Below are positions 18,961 to 28,160 of a stretch of DNA of 64,000 bases, piece after piece; within the stretch, counting starts at the first letter, position 1, and every line of letters starts with the position of its first letter. The notes under the pieces are model-generated. The model was not told where the DNA came from. It searched no databases and worked only from the letters and a program-made list of their open reading frames with translations. Both the position numbers and the translations under genes were made by a program. Location of the stretch: contig CAZKAF010000001.1 of NCBI GenBank assembly GCA_964550955.1, positions 174,728 to 238,727 of the forward strand, given 5' to 3'. Source of the DNA: an uncultured Candidatus Saccharibacteria bacterium. Lineage in GTDB: Bacteria > Patescibacteriota > Minisyncoccia > Phycocordibacterales > CAIZLB01.

Positions 18961-20988
18961 ATGGCATCACAAGAGGAAATAAAAGAGGTGCGCCTCGAAA
19001 AGCTAAAAAAGCTCGAGTCGCTCGGCATCGAAGCGTATCCTGTTTCTGTCCGCAAGGATTATGACATGGAAAGCTTGAGGGAGAAGTTCGACTCCCTTGC
19101 GCAGGAGCAGGGCAGCGAAGGGCAGCAAGACGGGCGAAAACAGGAGATTGCCGTTGTCGGCAGGATCATGTCCATGCGTGGCCAGGGCGCCCTGATTTTC
19201 TCCGATCTTTTTGACGGCACGGGCACGTTTCAGATAATTCTCAAGAAGGACCAGGCTCCCGCGTATATTCGAAGTTCCCAAAAAGGGGAATCCGTTTCGG
19301 GCATCGAGGAGACCGTCCCTCATCCTCAAGTCGATGACGCGTTCGAGCTGTTCAAGGAAACGGCTGACATCGGGGACTTTGTCGAAGCGAGGGGAAGCCT
19401 CATGAGAACCGCGAGAGGGGAAATGAGCCTCCTTGTTTCGTCCTGGAGAATTATCGCGAAATCGCTTCGGCCCCTTCCGGAAAAATGGCACGGCCTTCAG
19501 GACGTCGAGGAGCGATACAGGAAAAGATATCTCGACGTGCTCACCAATCAGCCTGTCCGGGATTCGTTTGTCCTCCGAACCAGGCTGCTTTCAGCGGTAC
19601 GCGAATTTTACGATTCCCATGGATATCTCGAGGTCGAGCTTCCCATTCTCCAGGCGCTCGCCGGCGGCGCCACGGCCGCAGTTTTCAATACGCATCACAA
19701 CGCCCTCGGCCTCGATTTCAACCTTACCATCGCTCAGGAGCTATACTTGAAAAAGCTCATAGTCGGAGGGTTCAACAAGGTCTATGAAGTGGGTAGGAGG
19801 TTCAGGAACGAGGGGATCGACACGACTCATAATCCTGAATTTACCATGCTCGAATCCCAGGAAGCATATGCCGATGCCAAGTCGCAGCGGCAGTTCATAC
19901 AGGACCTCATGCAGTCTCTGGTGCGAAAGCTGTTCGGCAAGGACTCTTTCGAATACGAGGGGCAGGTCATAGACACCTCGAAGCCTTTCGAGGTCCGGGA
20001 ATACCTGGACGTCATTGCGGAATCGGCGGGCATAGCTGACGTTCGGTCCAAGTCCCGCGACGAGCTCGTGGCCGTGGCTCATGGATTCGGAGCTGAGATA
20101 GAGCCTTCGGACGAATTTGAGAAGATTATAGACAAGATTTACAAAAAAGCAGTCCGGCCGAAGCTCATCCAGCCGATTTTTCTCATAAACTATCCCGTAG
20201 AATTCAATCCTTTCGCCAAAAGAAGGGAAGACGACAGGACGCTTATCGACCGGTTCCAGCTCGTGGCAGGCGGGCTTGAAGTGACGAATTGCTTCTCCGA
20301 ATTGAACAATCCAGTCGATCAGAAAGAGCGGTACGAAGAGCAGGACCGAAAGAAGAGGCAGGGCGACGGGGAGATTTCCCCGAGCGATCAGGATTACCTG
20401 GAAGCCATGGAATACGGCATGCCCCCGAACGGCGGCATCGGCATCGGCATCGACCGCCTCGCCATGCTTTTCATGAATTCCGGCAATATCAAGGATGCCA
20501 TCCTGTTTCCTACGATGAAGCCGGAAAATCCGGCAGGTGGCAGCGGAGCAGGTTCTCAAAGGAAAAAGGAGGGCGAAGTGGCGGTCATCGTCTTGAATGA
20601 ATCCGCGAATCTGCTCGGGTGGCAAAAAATGAACACGGTCGCGCATCTGAGCGCCTCATTTGCCGGATCGGCCGGAAGGAAGCTCTTCATGCAGGAGAAG
20701 ATTCAGACTGCCGACGCCAAGGACATAAAGCTCAATATTCAGCACGCCATCATGATAAAGGAGCTTGGCACGAGCGCAGCGCTGAAAGAGGTCAGGGAAC
20801 GGGCCGAAGCGGCCGATCTTTCCATTGCGGAATTTACCAGAGAGATGATCGAGACTACGAACGACAAGAAAGTCATCGCCCAGACAAAGGAAAAAGACTT
20901 TGATGAAATAGAGTATCTCGGCATATTGGTATTCGGTCCAAAAAGCGCCGTCGAGAAAATCACGGAAGGCGCCGTTCTGGCCGGATAA
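18961..20988 (+). CDS. lysS: lysyl-tRNA synthetase (class II) with ~150-aa C-terminal extension of unknown function
   Basis: OB-fold N-terminus, motif 2 FRNEGIDTTHNPEFTMLE, and motif 3 GGIGIGIDRLAML. The ATG at 18961 (MASQEE…) is preferred; the ORF-track start at 18937 is a TTG. The core ends at about 20530, and the extension starts EVAVIVLNESANLLGWQKMNTVAHL. Confidence 0.85.
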   Translation: MASQEEIKEVRLEKLKKLESLGIEAYPVSVRKDYDMESLREKFDSLAQEQGSEGQQDGRKQEIAVVGRIMSMRGQGALIFSDLFDGTGTFQIILKKDQAPAYIRSSQKGESVSGIEETVPHPQVDDAFELFKETADIGDFVEARGSLMRTARGEMSLLVSSWRIIAKSLRPLPEKWHGLQDVEERYRKRYLDVLTNQPVRDSFVLRTRLLSAVREFYDSHGYLEVELPILQALAGGATAAVFNTHHNALGLDFNLTIAQELYLKKLIVGGFNKVYEVGRRFRNEGIDTTHNPEFTMLESQEAYADAKSQRQFIQDLMQSLVRKLFGKDSFEYEGQVIDTSKPFEVREYLDVIAESAGIADVRSKSRDELVAVAHGFGAEIEPSDEFEKIIDKIYKKAVRPKLIQPIFLINYPVEFNPFAKRREDDRTLIDRFQLVAGGLEVTNCFSELNNPVDQKERYEEQDRKKRQGDGEISPSDQDYLEAMEYGMPPNGGIGIGIDRLAMLFMNSGNIKDAILFPTMKPENPAGGSGAGSQRKKEGEVAVIVLNESANLLGWQKMNTVAHLSASFAGSAGRKLFMQEKIQTADAKDIKLNIQHAIMIKELGTSAALKEVRERAEAADLSIAEFTREMIETTNDKKVIAQTKEKDFDEIEYLGILVFGPKSAVEKITEGAVLAG

Positions 20989-21063
20989 CGGGCTTAGGCG
21001 AGGCTCTGGCAAAAAAGCTCAAGAGAGTTCCTGCCGGTTAGGCCAACGCTCGAGATTTTATAT

Positions 21064-21106
21064 GAAAAAAAGCCACCCCGCGAGAGGTGGCCTTTGCTTG
21101 AGTTTT
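21064..21106. terminator. bidirectional intrinsic terminator between convergent lysS (+) and lipoprotein gene (-)
   Basis: AAAAAAA-GCCACC-ccgcgaga-GGTGGC-CTTTGCTTGAGTTTT, with A/T runs on both sides of the hairpin. Confidence 0.6.
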
Positions 21107-21174
21107 GCAGCCGGGGCTGCGGAAGGGGGATCCTCCAGGTTTTCCTGGTCGGAAATCCGAACAGGCTTTCGGAA

Positions 21175-21552
21175 CTAGTCCTGCCACCTGAATACCTTGG
21201 CTCGGGGAACCGGCTCGAAGATGCGCGCTCCGGGTACCGGATGCCTGATAATCTGGACGATCGCGCCTCTCTTGACGGTAACATCGTCGCCCTTTTGAAG
21301 GAACGGCGAATAGTTGCCGAGAACTTTCACCTCGGTCGTCGTTGCGGGGAAAGGCCCTGCGTGGCTTATCAGGTGAATGCGCGTGATCCAGAAGGGAAGG
21401 AACGTGTGCGTCTCCGGCCTTGACTCGACCGTGTACGTTACCGGGAAGGTGCTGTACGGGAAGAAAAGATGCAGGCGACCGTAATCGATGCATCCGACGA
21501 TGAGGAGGACGATCAGGGCGAGCTTAACAAGCTTGAGAAAGAATTTCTTCAT
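21175..21552 (-). CDS. hypothetical lipoprotein
   Basis: 125 aa. N-terminus MKKFFLKLVKLALIVLLIVGC carries a lipobox (IVGC). Confidence 0.5.
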   Translation of the reverse strand: MKKFFLKLVKLALIVLLIVGCIDYGRLHLFFPYSTFPVTYTVESRPETHTFLPFWITRIHLISHAGPFPATTTEVKVLGNYSPFLQKGDDVTVKRGAIVQIIRHPVPGARIFEPVPRAKVFRWQD

Positions 21553-21598
21553 GGCATGATTCGAATCTATTGGTCTGGGTTTCTGATTTTCTGACTTC

Positions 21599-21631
21599 CG
21601 CGCGACATGGTGCCGCGCGCACGGTTTTTTG
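21599..21631 (+). terminator. terminator-like hairpin (CGCGCG…CGCGCG + TTTTTT) upstream of the mraZ control region
   Basis: 6-bp GC stem followed by a T6 run. No obvious upstream gene on the + strand, so the function is uncertain. Confidence 0.3.
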
Positions 21632-21744
21632 ACTGAATGAACTTTGACGAGCTCCGTAGCTGTCTATCTTTAGCTTTGGCCGGTGACAATGTACGCCAAC
21701 GGCCGATTTTCGTCAACAAAATTCATCAAAGTTATCCACCTTGG

Positions 21745-21811
21745 AGTGGATATTTATGTTTGCAAATGTACATGAAGTGGAATAGAATGGTATCTAAGTG
21801 GGATGAAGTGG
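21745..21811 (+). promoter_or_regulatory. putative MraZ operator: direct (A/G)AGTGG-type repeats with 10-bp periodicity
   Basis: AGTGG occurs at 21745, 21776, 21797 and 21807, and AATGG at 21786 (GAAGTGGAAT AGAATGGTAT CTAAGTGGGAT GAAGTGGTAT). This lies about 220 nt upstream of mraZ. Confidence 0.45.
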
Positions 21812-22030
21812 TATATCTGACAACTTGCCGAAGATTCTAAAAAAGCTTGTAAAATAAGCATAAAATAGAAATCAAGGTTCTCCTCGTCAGGTATCCAAGG
21901 AAAGTGAGTTTAAGAACCGAAGCCCGCTGCCAATCTGGCTTCGGTTCCCATACGGACGAAAGTCACCCGATTCAAATCAAAGCTTCTGAAAAACCCACTG
22001 CTTTGGATCGGAGAAAAAAGAGACACTCAT

Positions 22031-22471
22031 ATGCTAATAGGCGAATATACACATACACAGGACGACAAGAAGAGAATCTCCCTTCCTTCCAAGTTTCGAA
22101 AGGAAATGGGGAAGAAGATCGTTCTTACGCATGGATTGGACAACTGTCTCTTCATGTACACCGTCAAAGAATGGGTAAAAATCGCTGAAAAGCTCGGAGG
22201 GCTTTCAATGGGTCAGTCCGACAGCCGAGGATTCAATCGAATCATGCTGGCTGGCGCGGTGGAGCTCGATATCGACTCCATCGGAAGGATACTGATTCCC
22301 GATTTCCTCCAAGAATATGCAGGTCTCTCGAGCAAAACGAAGGTGGTGTTCGCGGGCGTTCACAGCCGAGTCGAAGTATGGGATGAAGGCCGATGGAAGG
22401 AATATAAAGCTCGGGTTCTCAAGCAGGCTGACCAGCTCGCTGAAAAGCTCGGAGAAATCGGCGTCATCTAA
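22031..22471 (+). CDS. mraZ: transcriptional regulator MraZ
   Basis: 146 aa with duplicated DxxxR-type halves (DDKKRISLPSKFR, DSIGRILIPDFL). It is the first gene of the dcw cluster. Confidence 0.9.
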   Translation: MLIGEYTHTQDDKKRISLPSKFRKEMGKKIVLTHGLDNCLFMYTVKEWVKIAEKLGGLSMGQSDSRGFNRIMLAGAVELDIDSIGRILIPDFLQEYAGLSSKTKVVFAGVHSRVEVWDEGRWKEYKARVLKQADQLAEKLGEIGVI

Positions 22472-22473
22472 AT

Positions 22474-23493
22474 ATGAAAAACTCACCAGAAACGCCGGGC
22501 ATGCAGAAAAAGATGCGACACGTGCCAGTTCTTTTACAAAACATTCTTGATGGTCTGAATATCGACTCATGCAAAGGGTCGGCTGAAGGCGCGTCTCCCA
22601 AGCTTCCAATCATCGTGGACTGCAATCTCGGCGACGGCGGGCATTCGGAAGAGATAATCGTTCGGCTCAAGGGCCGCGTGCATGTCATAGGTTTCGACCT
22701 CGACGGCGACGCGATCCGGCGGGCGACGGAGCATATTGAAAAGCGGGTGGCGGAAGAGCGGAAGAAGGATTCCTCTTTCATGGCTCCGAAGCTGACGCTC
22801 ATCAATAAAAATTTCAGAACATTCAAGGATTCAATAATCGATCTTCAGGCTCTGCCTGAAGGAGAGGGTGGCGGAAAAGTGGACGCGGTCCTCTTTGACC
22901 TCGGCATCAGCTCGTACGAGCTTGAGGCGTCCGGAAGGGGCTTCAGCTTTCAGAAAGACGAGCCGCTCAGCATGACCTTCGGCGATCCGGCGACGTATGC
23001 ATTCACCGCATCCGACATCGTGAACACGTGGGACGAGGAAAACATTGCCGACATCATTTACGCCTACGGCGAGGATACCTATTCAAGGAGAATAGCAAAG
23101 GCCATCGTCGCGGCAAGAGAAGGCAAGCCGATTCTTACGACTAAGGAATTGGCGGAGCTCATCAAGCTGTCTTATCCGAGCTTCGCCCGGTTCGGGCGAA
23201 CTCATCCTGCCACCAAGACGTTTCAGGCTCTCAGGATAGCGGTAAACGAGGAACTTCAGTCCATCAAGGATGCCTTGCCCCAGGCGGTTCAGATGCTTAA
23301 GGAAGGCGGAAGGATAGCCGTCATCTCGTTCCATAGCCTCGAAGATCGAATTATTAAGAATTTTTTTAAGGAAATGTCGGATGAGGGGACGCTGAGGATA
23401 CTTACGAAGAAGCCTTTGGTCCCGTCCGACGCGGAGATAGAAGAAAATCCGAGATCGCGGAGCTCGAAGCTCCGAATCGCGGAAAAGATATAA
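22474..23493 (+). CDS. rsmH: 16S rRNA (cytosine1402-N4)-methyltransferase RsmH (MraW)
   Basis: HVPVLLQNILDGL, FDLGISSYEL and SFHSLEDRI motifs. Confidence 0.9.
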   Translation: MKNSPETPGMQKKMRHVPVLLQNILDGLNIDSCKGSAEGASPKLPIIVDCNLGDGGHSEEIIVRLKGRVHVIGFDLDGDAIRRATEHIEKRVAEERKKDSSFMAPKLTLINKNFRTFKDSIIDLQALPEGEGGGKVDAVLFDLGISSYELEASGRGFSFQKDEPLSMTFGDPATYAFTASDIVNTWDEENIADIIYAYGEDTYSRRIAKAIVAAREGKPILTTKELAELIKLSYPSFARFGRTHPATKTFQALRIAVNEELQSIKDALPQAVQMLKEGGRIAVISFHSLEDRIIKNFFKEMSDEGTLRILTKKPLVPSDAEIEENPRSRSSKLRIAEKI

Positions 23494-23548
23494 GGAAGGG
23501 GAAAAAGATGGATTAAAAGAAAGACGCATTACAAGTAACTTCACAAAA

Positions 23549-23875
23549 ATGAAACAGGCGACAGCTACAATAAAGAATATCGACAGGGTTTCCCATATCG
23601 CGTTTTGGTTTTTGGCGATGTCGCTCGTGCTCATGAGCTTCGTGTACGCGTTCTTCATCCAGAAAGCCATCAGGAACGTGGTCGCGCGAGACGAAATCAG
23701 CGCTGAAATCGCGTCGCTCAACTCGAAGCTGTCAATGACTGAATTTAAATACATAAACGGACTAGAGTCCGTAACGCTGGACAGGGCTTCCGTGCTCGGA
23801 TTCGTTTCAGCGGTCGAGGGCCAGACAACGTTTATCACGCGAGAAACGATTGGCAAGAACGTGGCGGTACGATAA
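23549..23875 (+). CDS. FtsL/FtsB-like cell-division membrane protein
   Basis: 108 aa with a single N-terminal TM followed by a coiled coil. It sits between rsmH and ftsI. Confidence 0.5.
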   Translation: MKQATATIKNIDRVSHIAFWFLAMSLVLMSFVYAFFIQKAIRNVVARDEISAEIASLNSKLSMTEFKYINGLESVTLDRASVLGFVSAVEGQTTFITRETIGKNVAVR

Positions 23876-23887
23876 GCTTAGCTGCAT

Positions 23888-25603
23888 ATGAACAGCATCA
23901 GGGCAAGAATTAGGTTCATCTCGATTTGCGTCCTGCTTTTCGCCTGCATGCTTTTCGCGAAGCTTTATACGGTGCAGGTGGTGAACGCGAACGAATTCGC
24001 CGAGCGGGCGGACAGGCAATACCAGCGGCCGGCAAACGCGTTCAACAGGGGAACCGTCTATTTTTCGGACAGGGAGAACAATATCATCTCCGCGGCGACC
24101 CTGAAGACCGGATTCATTCTCATCATCAATCCGAAGACGCTCCAGGCGAACAAGTCCGTCGAGGACTCATACAAGCGCCTGATGGAGGTTCTTCCTGCCG
24201 GCGCGCTGAACTATGACGACTACCTCGCGAAGGCATCGAAGCCCAACGATACGTACGAGGAAATCAAGAAGCAGCTTGACGAGGAGCTTGGCGCGAAGAT
24301 ATCCGAGCTCAAGATTCCGGGCGTGAGCCTGTACCGGGACAAGTGGCGATATTATCCGGGAGGGAGCCTTGCCTCGCACGTGCTCGGCTTCATGGCATTC
24401 AAGGAGAACGACTTGGCCGGACGCTACGGAGTCGAGAGGTTCTATGAAAATACGCTCAAGCGAGAAAGCGACAACGTCTACGTGAACTTTTTCGCGGAGC
24501 TGTTCTCGAATCTGAAAAAGACGGTCACGGTCGGCGAATCGCTGGAAGGGGACATCATTACCACCATCGAGCCGAGGACCCAGGCATACCTCGAAACCGC
24601 CCTCGAGACCATCTCCAGGCAATATTCGTCCGAGAGGACCGGAGGCATCATCATGAATCCGAAGACCGGCGACATCCTGGCCATGGCCATGAACCCGACT
24701 TTCGATCCGAACAATCTCAGGCAGCAGGGCAGCCTGGACATTTTCAGGAATGACATCGTCGAGAGCGTGTATGAGATGGGATCGATCATCAAGCCGCTGA
24801 CCCTTGCGGTCGGCATCGATCTCGGCAAGGTTACCGCCAGCACCACGTACAATGACACCGGTTCGGCTTCGTATGACGGGCATACGATTTACAATTTCGA
24901 CAAGAAGGGGAGAGGGACCATAACGATGCAGTACGCGCTTTCGAAGTCGCTCAATACCGCCTTCGCGTTCATAGTCGACACGGTCGGAACCAAGGCCGTT
25001 GGCGAATACTTCACGAAGTTCGGCTTCGGCGAGAAGACGGGCATCGATCTTCCGAGCGAGGGAACGGGCCTCATATCGAACCTCAAGAGTCCCCGCAAGA
25101 TTGAATACGTGACGGCGTCGTTCGGCCAGGGCATCGCCATGACGCCCATAGAAGTCGTGCGCGCATTTTCAGCTATCGCGAACAAGGGGGAAATGGTCAC
25201 TCCGAGAGTGGCCAAAAGGATTCAGTATCGGGTCGGCCTCGGCAAGGATCAGGGGCTGGGGCCGAAAGTCAGGGTCATAAAGGAAAGCACCGCCCGCCAT
25301 GTCTCGGACATGATGGTCTACAACGTGGATGAGTCGCTCCTGGATGGCAAGGCGAAAAATCCCCGATACACCATTGCGGCCAAGACCGGCACCGCGCAGA
25401 TTGCCGAGAACGGAAAGTACGCCGAAAACCGATACCTGCACTCGTTTGTCGGCTTCCTGCCGGCTTCCGACCCGAAATTCCTGGTGTTCCTGTTCACGGT
25501 GAATCCCCGAGGCGTAAGCTATGCCTCGGAGACGCTTGCAAAGCCGTACATGGAGATGACCAAGTTCCTCATCAATTACTATCAGGTCGCCCCGGACAGG
25601 TAG
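23888..25603 (+). CDS. ftsI: penicillin-binding protein FtsI-like (divisome transpeptidase)
   Basis: N-terminal TM anchor and transpeptidase motifs SIIKP, SKS and KTGT. Confidence 0.85.
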   Translation: MNSIRARIRFISICVLLFACMLFAKLYTVQVVNANEFAERADRQYQRPANAFNRGTVYFSDRENNIISAATLKTGFILIINPKTLQANKSVEDSYKRLMEVLPAGALNYDDYLAKASKPNDTYEEIKKQLDEELGAKISELKIPGVSLYRDKWRYYPGGSLASHVLGFMAFKENDLAGRYGVERFYENTLKRESDNVYVNFFAELFSNLKKTVTVGESLEGDIITTIEPRTQAYLETALETISRQYSSERTGGIIMNPKTGDILAMAMNPTFDPNNLRQQGSLDIFRNDIVESVYEMGSIIKPLTLAVGIDLGKVTASTTYNDTGSASYDGHTIYNFDKKGRGTITMQYALSKSLNTAFAFIVDTVGTKAVGEYFTKFGFGEKTGIDLPSEGTGLISNLKSPRKIEYVTASFGQGIAMTPIEVVRAFSAIANKGEMVTPRVAKRIQYRVGLGKDQGLGPKVRVIKESTARHVSDMMVYNVDESLLDGKAKNPRYTIAAKTGTAQIAENGKYAENRYLHSFVGFLPASDPKFLVFLFTVNPRGVSYASETLAKPYMEMTKFLINYYQVAPDR

Positions 25604-26106
25604 CCGCTGTGTTTTTGAGCCGCGCGATGCGTTTTTGAAATAAAAAAGCGACCAGGCAGGAAATCCTGCGAGGTCGCCGGGAAGGATAAGCATTCTTATC
25701 CAGCGTAAGGAAGCGTCGCCCGCGAAGCGGGCTTCGCCATTCCTCCTCGTTCTTGCCAGGCAAGGTCGAGTGCCTCATTCAGCGGATCGATGGGCTCGAC
25801 CGGACCGGCTGGTCCATCCGGAACTTTCTCGTCGGAGTCCGTACCCGGTGCGATTGTCGTTGCTCGGTACATAGGCTTGGTTCTGTTTCCCGGCAGAGCT
25901 TTGGCGTTATGCCTGGCTCCTCAGCTGACATTTGTATAATGCCATTAAGATGTCCGTTTGTCACTTTTTTGCGGAGGGCATGATGGCGCGGGCATCAGAG
26001 AACCCGGTGTCGCTCCGGACCCAGCATGAGCCCCTGTATTTTTTACGAAAAATGTGTAAAATGCCTATACGCGGACGCCGAACGGCTCGGATGCCGCGAA
26101 CAAGAT

Positions 26107-26165
26107 GGCCCTATCGTCTAGCGCAAAATGTGCATAGCGGCGAAGCCTTCTCAGGAAGGCTGGGC
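26107..26165 (+). pseudogene. tRNA fragment (5' part of tRNA-Glu with a ~13-nt insertion and no T-arm)
   Basis: GGCCCTATCGTCTA…CGAAGCCTTCTCA is identical to the start of the intact tRNA 92 nt downstream. The D-stem is broken and the anticodon loop deformed. Confidence 0.45.
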
Positions 26166-26198
26166 AATAAGATGATATGTGGAAGTAAAGCAAAACAT

Positions 26199-26270
26199 GG
26201 CCCTATCGTCTAACGGTTAGGACGAAGCCTTCTCAAGGCTTAAATCGGAGTTCGATTCTCCGTAGGGTCA
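26199..26270 (+). tRNA. tRNA-Glu (anticodon CTC)
   Basis: Hand-folded cloverleaf. Acceptor GGCCCTA/TAGGGTC; D-stem GTCT/GGAC; anticodon stem AAGCC/GGCTT with loop TTCTCAA; T-arm CGGAG-TTCGATT-CTCCG; discriminator A. CCA is not encoded. Confidence 0.8.
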
Positions 26271-26365
26271 CAAATAGCAAGAAAGATAAAAGTGGAGATT
26301 GGCAATGAGAAAGTACACGTAAAATCTGTCGTTGAATTTTATCCGAAAATAGATATAGTTATATA

Positions 26366-27466
26366 ATGAATTTACGTACGCGTGCCATCTATCTCTTGAT
26401 TATTGAAGTAGGATTAGTTCTCGTTCTGGTTGGTATATATCCACTAATGAGCAAAGAGATATTTGATAGTGGCGGCGACCCTCTTTTTGGCTTCGGCATT
26501 CTCATGTGTCTGGCTTTAGGGATTGCGTGGTGTATGATTGATTTGTATAAAATCTCAAAAGGTACTGCAAAACCGTTTGCACGTGTTAATAATGGACAAA
26601 CAGAATTTACTGTCATCAAGTTAATCAAAAGGCAACCAACCTTTGTTCTGTCTGTATTATTTACAATTATTTTTCCGCTACTCTTTCTGACTATAATAGC
26701 TGTGGGTTTTTCGACAGGATGGACGCTTATATTTTTAGAAGATTTTGATAGAATAACAGAGGTCTACGTTGGTTGGACTGCTGTTTTCCTGCCTTTCTTC
26801 GGTGTAGCTTTTGTGATTTTTTTCTTACAAACAGTCGGGTTCTTGATCACAGGAGAGAGTTTACAACAACATCTTACTGAAGGTCATGATAATTTCTTTT
26901 TGCATATAATAAAGGGTGTGATTATTGCACTGCCATACGTGGTTCTTTACAGCTTCGTGTTCATAATAATGATGTTCTTGCATGGAAAGAATTCAAAAGA
27001 GAGAACGGCGGGTTTAAGAACAACAATCGGAAGCCTGTCGATCTTCTTTGGCTTACAAGCCTTAAAATACTTCATATACGCAAATCTATCCTCGATAGCA
27101 TTTGAAGACAAATACTCATACACCACGCTCAAAGACTCTGCACAATACATGAAAGGTAATGCGGCCAGTTTGCCTTCAGTGTTTACTAACTCAGCGTGGC
27201 TGTCTATGGTGGCTTTTCTCTACCTGCTTGTCCTAATAGTTTGGGCTAGCAAAACTTCTTTTTTAAGTGAGGGTGAGATAGTCATGTTTTCTCTTGCTTT
27301 TACTGCCGTTATTGTTGCATGGATGACATTTGTGGAACAAGTCCTCTTTCTTCTTAACTACGTTCGAGTACAACACCCGGAGTGTGACATGTCTAGCTTG
27401 CTTGAAGACAAGTCATCCAATCAGGACTCACAGATTTTAATGAGCGAAGTGAGCATGAAATCGTGA
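26366..27466 (+). CDS. hypothetical polytopic membrane protein (AT-rich island gene 1)
   Basis: 366 aa with 8 or more hydrophobic helices. AT-rich codon usage unlike the flanking genes. Confidence 0.55.
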   Translation: MNLRTRAIYLLIIEVGLVLVLVGIYPLMSKEIFDSGGDPLFGFGILMCLALGIAWCMIDLYKISKGTAKPFARVNNGQTEFTVIKLIKRQPTFVLSVLFTIIFPLLFLTIIAVGFSTGWTLIFLEDFDRITEVYVGWTAVFLPFFGVAFVIFFLQTVGFLITGESLQQHLTEGHDNFFLHIIKGVIIALPYVVLYSFVFIIMMFLHGKNSKERTAGLRTTIGSLSIFFGLQALKYFIYANLSSIAFEDKYSYTTLKDSAQYMKGNAASLPSVFTNSAWLSMVAFLYLLVLIVWASKTSFLSEGEIVMFSLAFTAVIVAWMTFVEQVLFLLNYVRVQHPECDMSSLLEDKSSNQDSQILMSEVSMKS

Positions 27467-27565
27467 TGTCGCGACACTCAGGATTTGCGAAGCAAAGACG
27501 CTTGTGTCGGCGACGCACACCTTCAACGGCTAGCACGAGCGGCGTCAGGACAACAGTTCAGAAAG

Positions 27566-27603
27566 TTTGCATGGCTACGCAATTTGAGGAAAAGCGATAT
27601 AAT
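27566..27603 (+). promoter_or_regulatory. 38-nt repeated promoter-like element, copy A (…TTTGAGGAAAAGCGATATAATT)
   Basis: A near-identical copy lies at 28750-28787. It ends in TATAAT 8 nt before the Nudix ATG. Confidence 0.5.
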
Positions 27604-27611
27604 TAAAGTAT

Positions 27612-28118
27612 ATGGAACCAGTTCTAAAATTAAATCCGGATAATATTACGGATGAAGCTGCCGCCAGGTTAAGGACCAGATTTGCTGCCAGAGGCGTCGT
27701 CTTTGACGAAAACAAAAACGTAGCGCTTCTCCCGGTCACTGCTCACCACTATTACAAGCTTCCAGGCGGCGGAATCGAAGAAGGCGAAGATAGGGTTGAA
27801 GCTTTTCGCAGGGAATGCTTGGAAGAAATCGGTTCAGACGTGGAAGTGGTGCAAGAGTTAGGGTCGGTGGTCGAGTACAGGGCAGAATTTTCTCTTGCTC
27901 AGACTTCGTATTGCTTTGTGGGCAAAGCAATAGGGGAAAGGACAAAAGCGACTTTTACCCAGCATGAATTGGACAATGGCTTTCAAGAAGCATTGTGGGT
28001 TCCTTTAGATAAGGCCATTGAACTCATGGAAAGTCAGGCGGACAATTATGAGGGCAAATTTATTGTAGAGAGGGACACATTTCTTTTAAAAAAGGTGAGA
28101 TCGTCGGGAATCCTCTAA
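27612..28118 (+). CDS. Nudix hydrolase
   Basis: Nudix box LPGGGIEEGEDRVEAFRRECLEEIGS (Gx5Ex7REUxEExGU). Confidence 0.8.
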   Translation: MEPVLKLNPDNITDEAAARLRTRFAARGVVFDENKNVALLPVTAHHYYKLPGGGIEEGEDRVEAFRRECLEEIGSDVEVVQELGSVVEYRAEFSLAQTSYCFVGKAIGERTKATFTQHELDNGFQEALWVPLDKAIELMESQADNYEGKFIVERDTFLLKKVRSSGIL

Positions 28119-28160
28119 AGTACCGGGCAGGATTATCCGACCCATGCTACAATTTATCTC

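Noticed and set aside
25660-25760. Possible SRP (4.5S) RNA: GUCGCCGGGAAGGAUAAGC loosely resembles the GUCCGGAAGGAAGCAGC domain IV motif
   Set aside because: The helix and tetraloop geometry does not reproduce the conserved GGAA/GNRA apical loop and symmetric loop when folded by hand. The similarity is too weak without a covariance model.
26107-26165. Upstream tRNA-like sequence as a second functional tRNA or an att site of an integrative element
   Set aside because: The D-stem is broken, there is no T-arm or 3' acceptor strand, and the anticodon loop is 4 nt, so it is non-functional. No integrase gene is present. I could find no matching direct repeat of the tRNA 3' end at the distal island boundary near 29830-30000, so I do not claim an integrative element.
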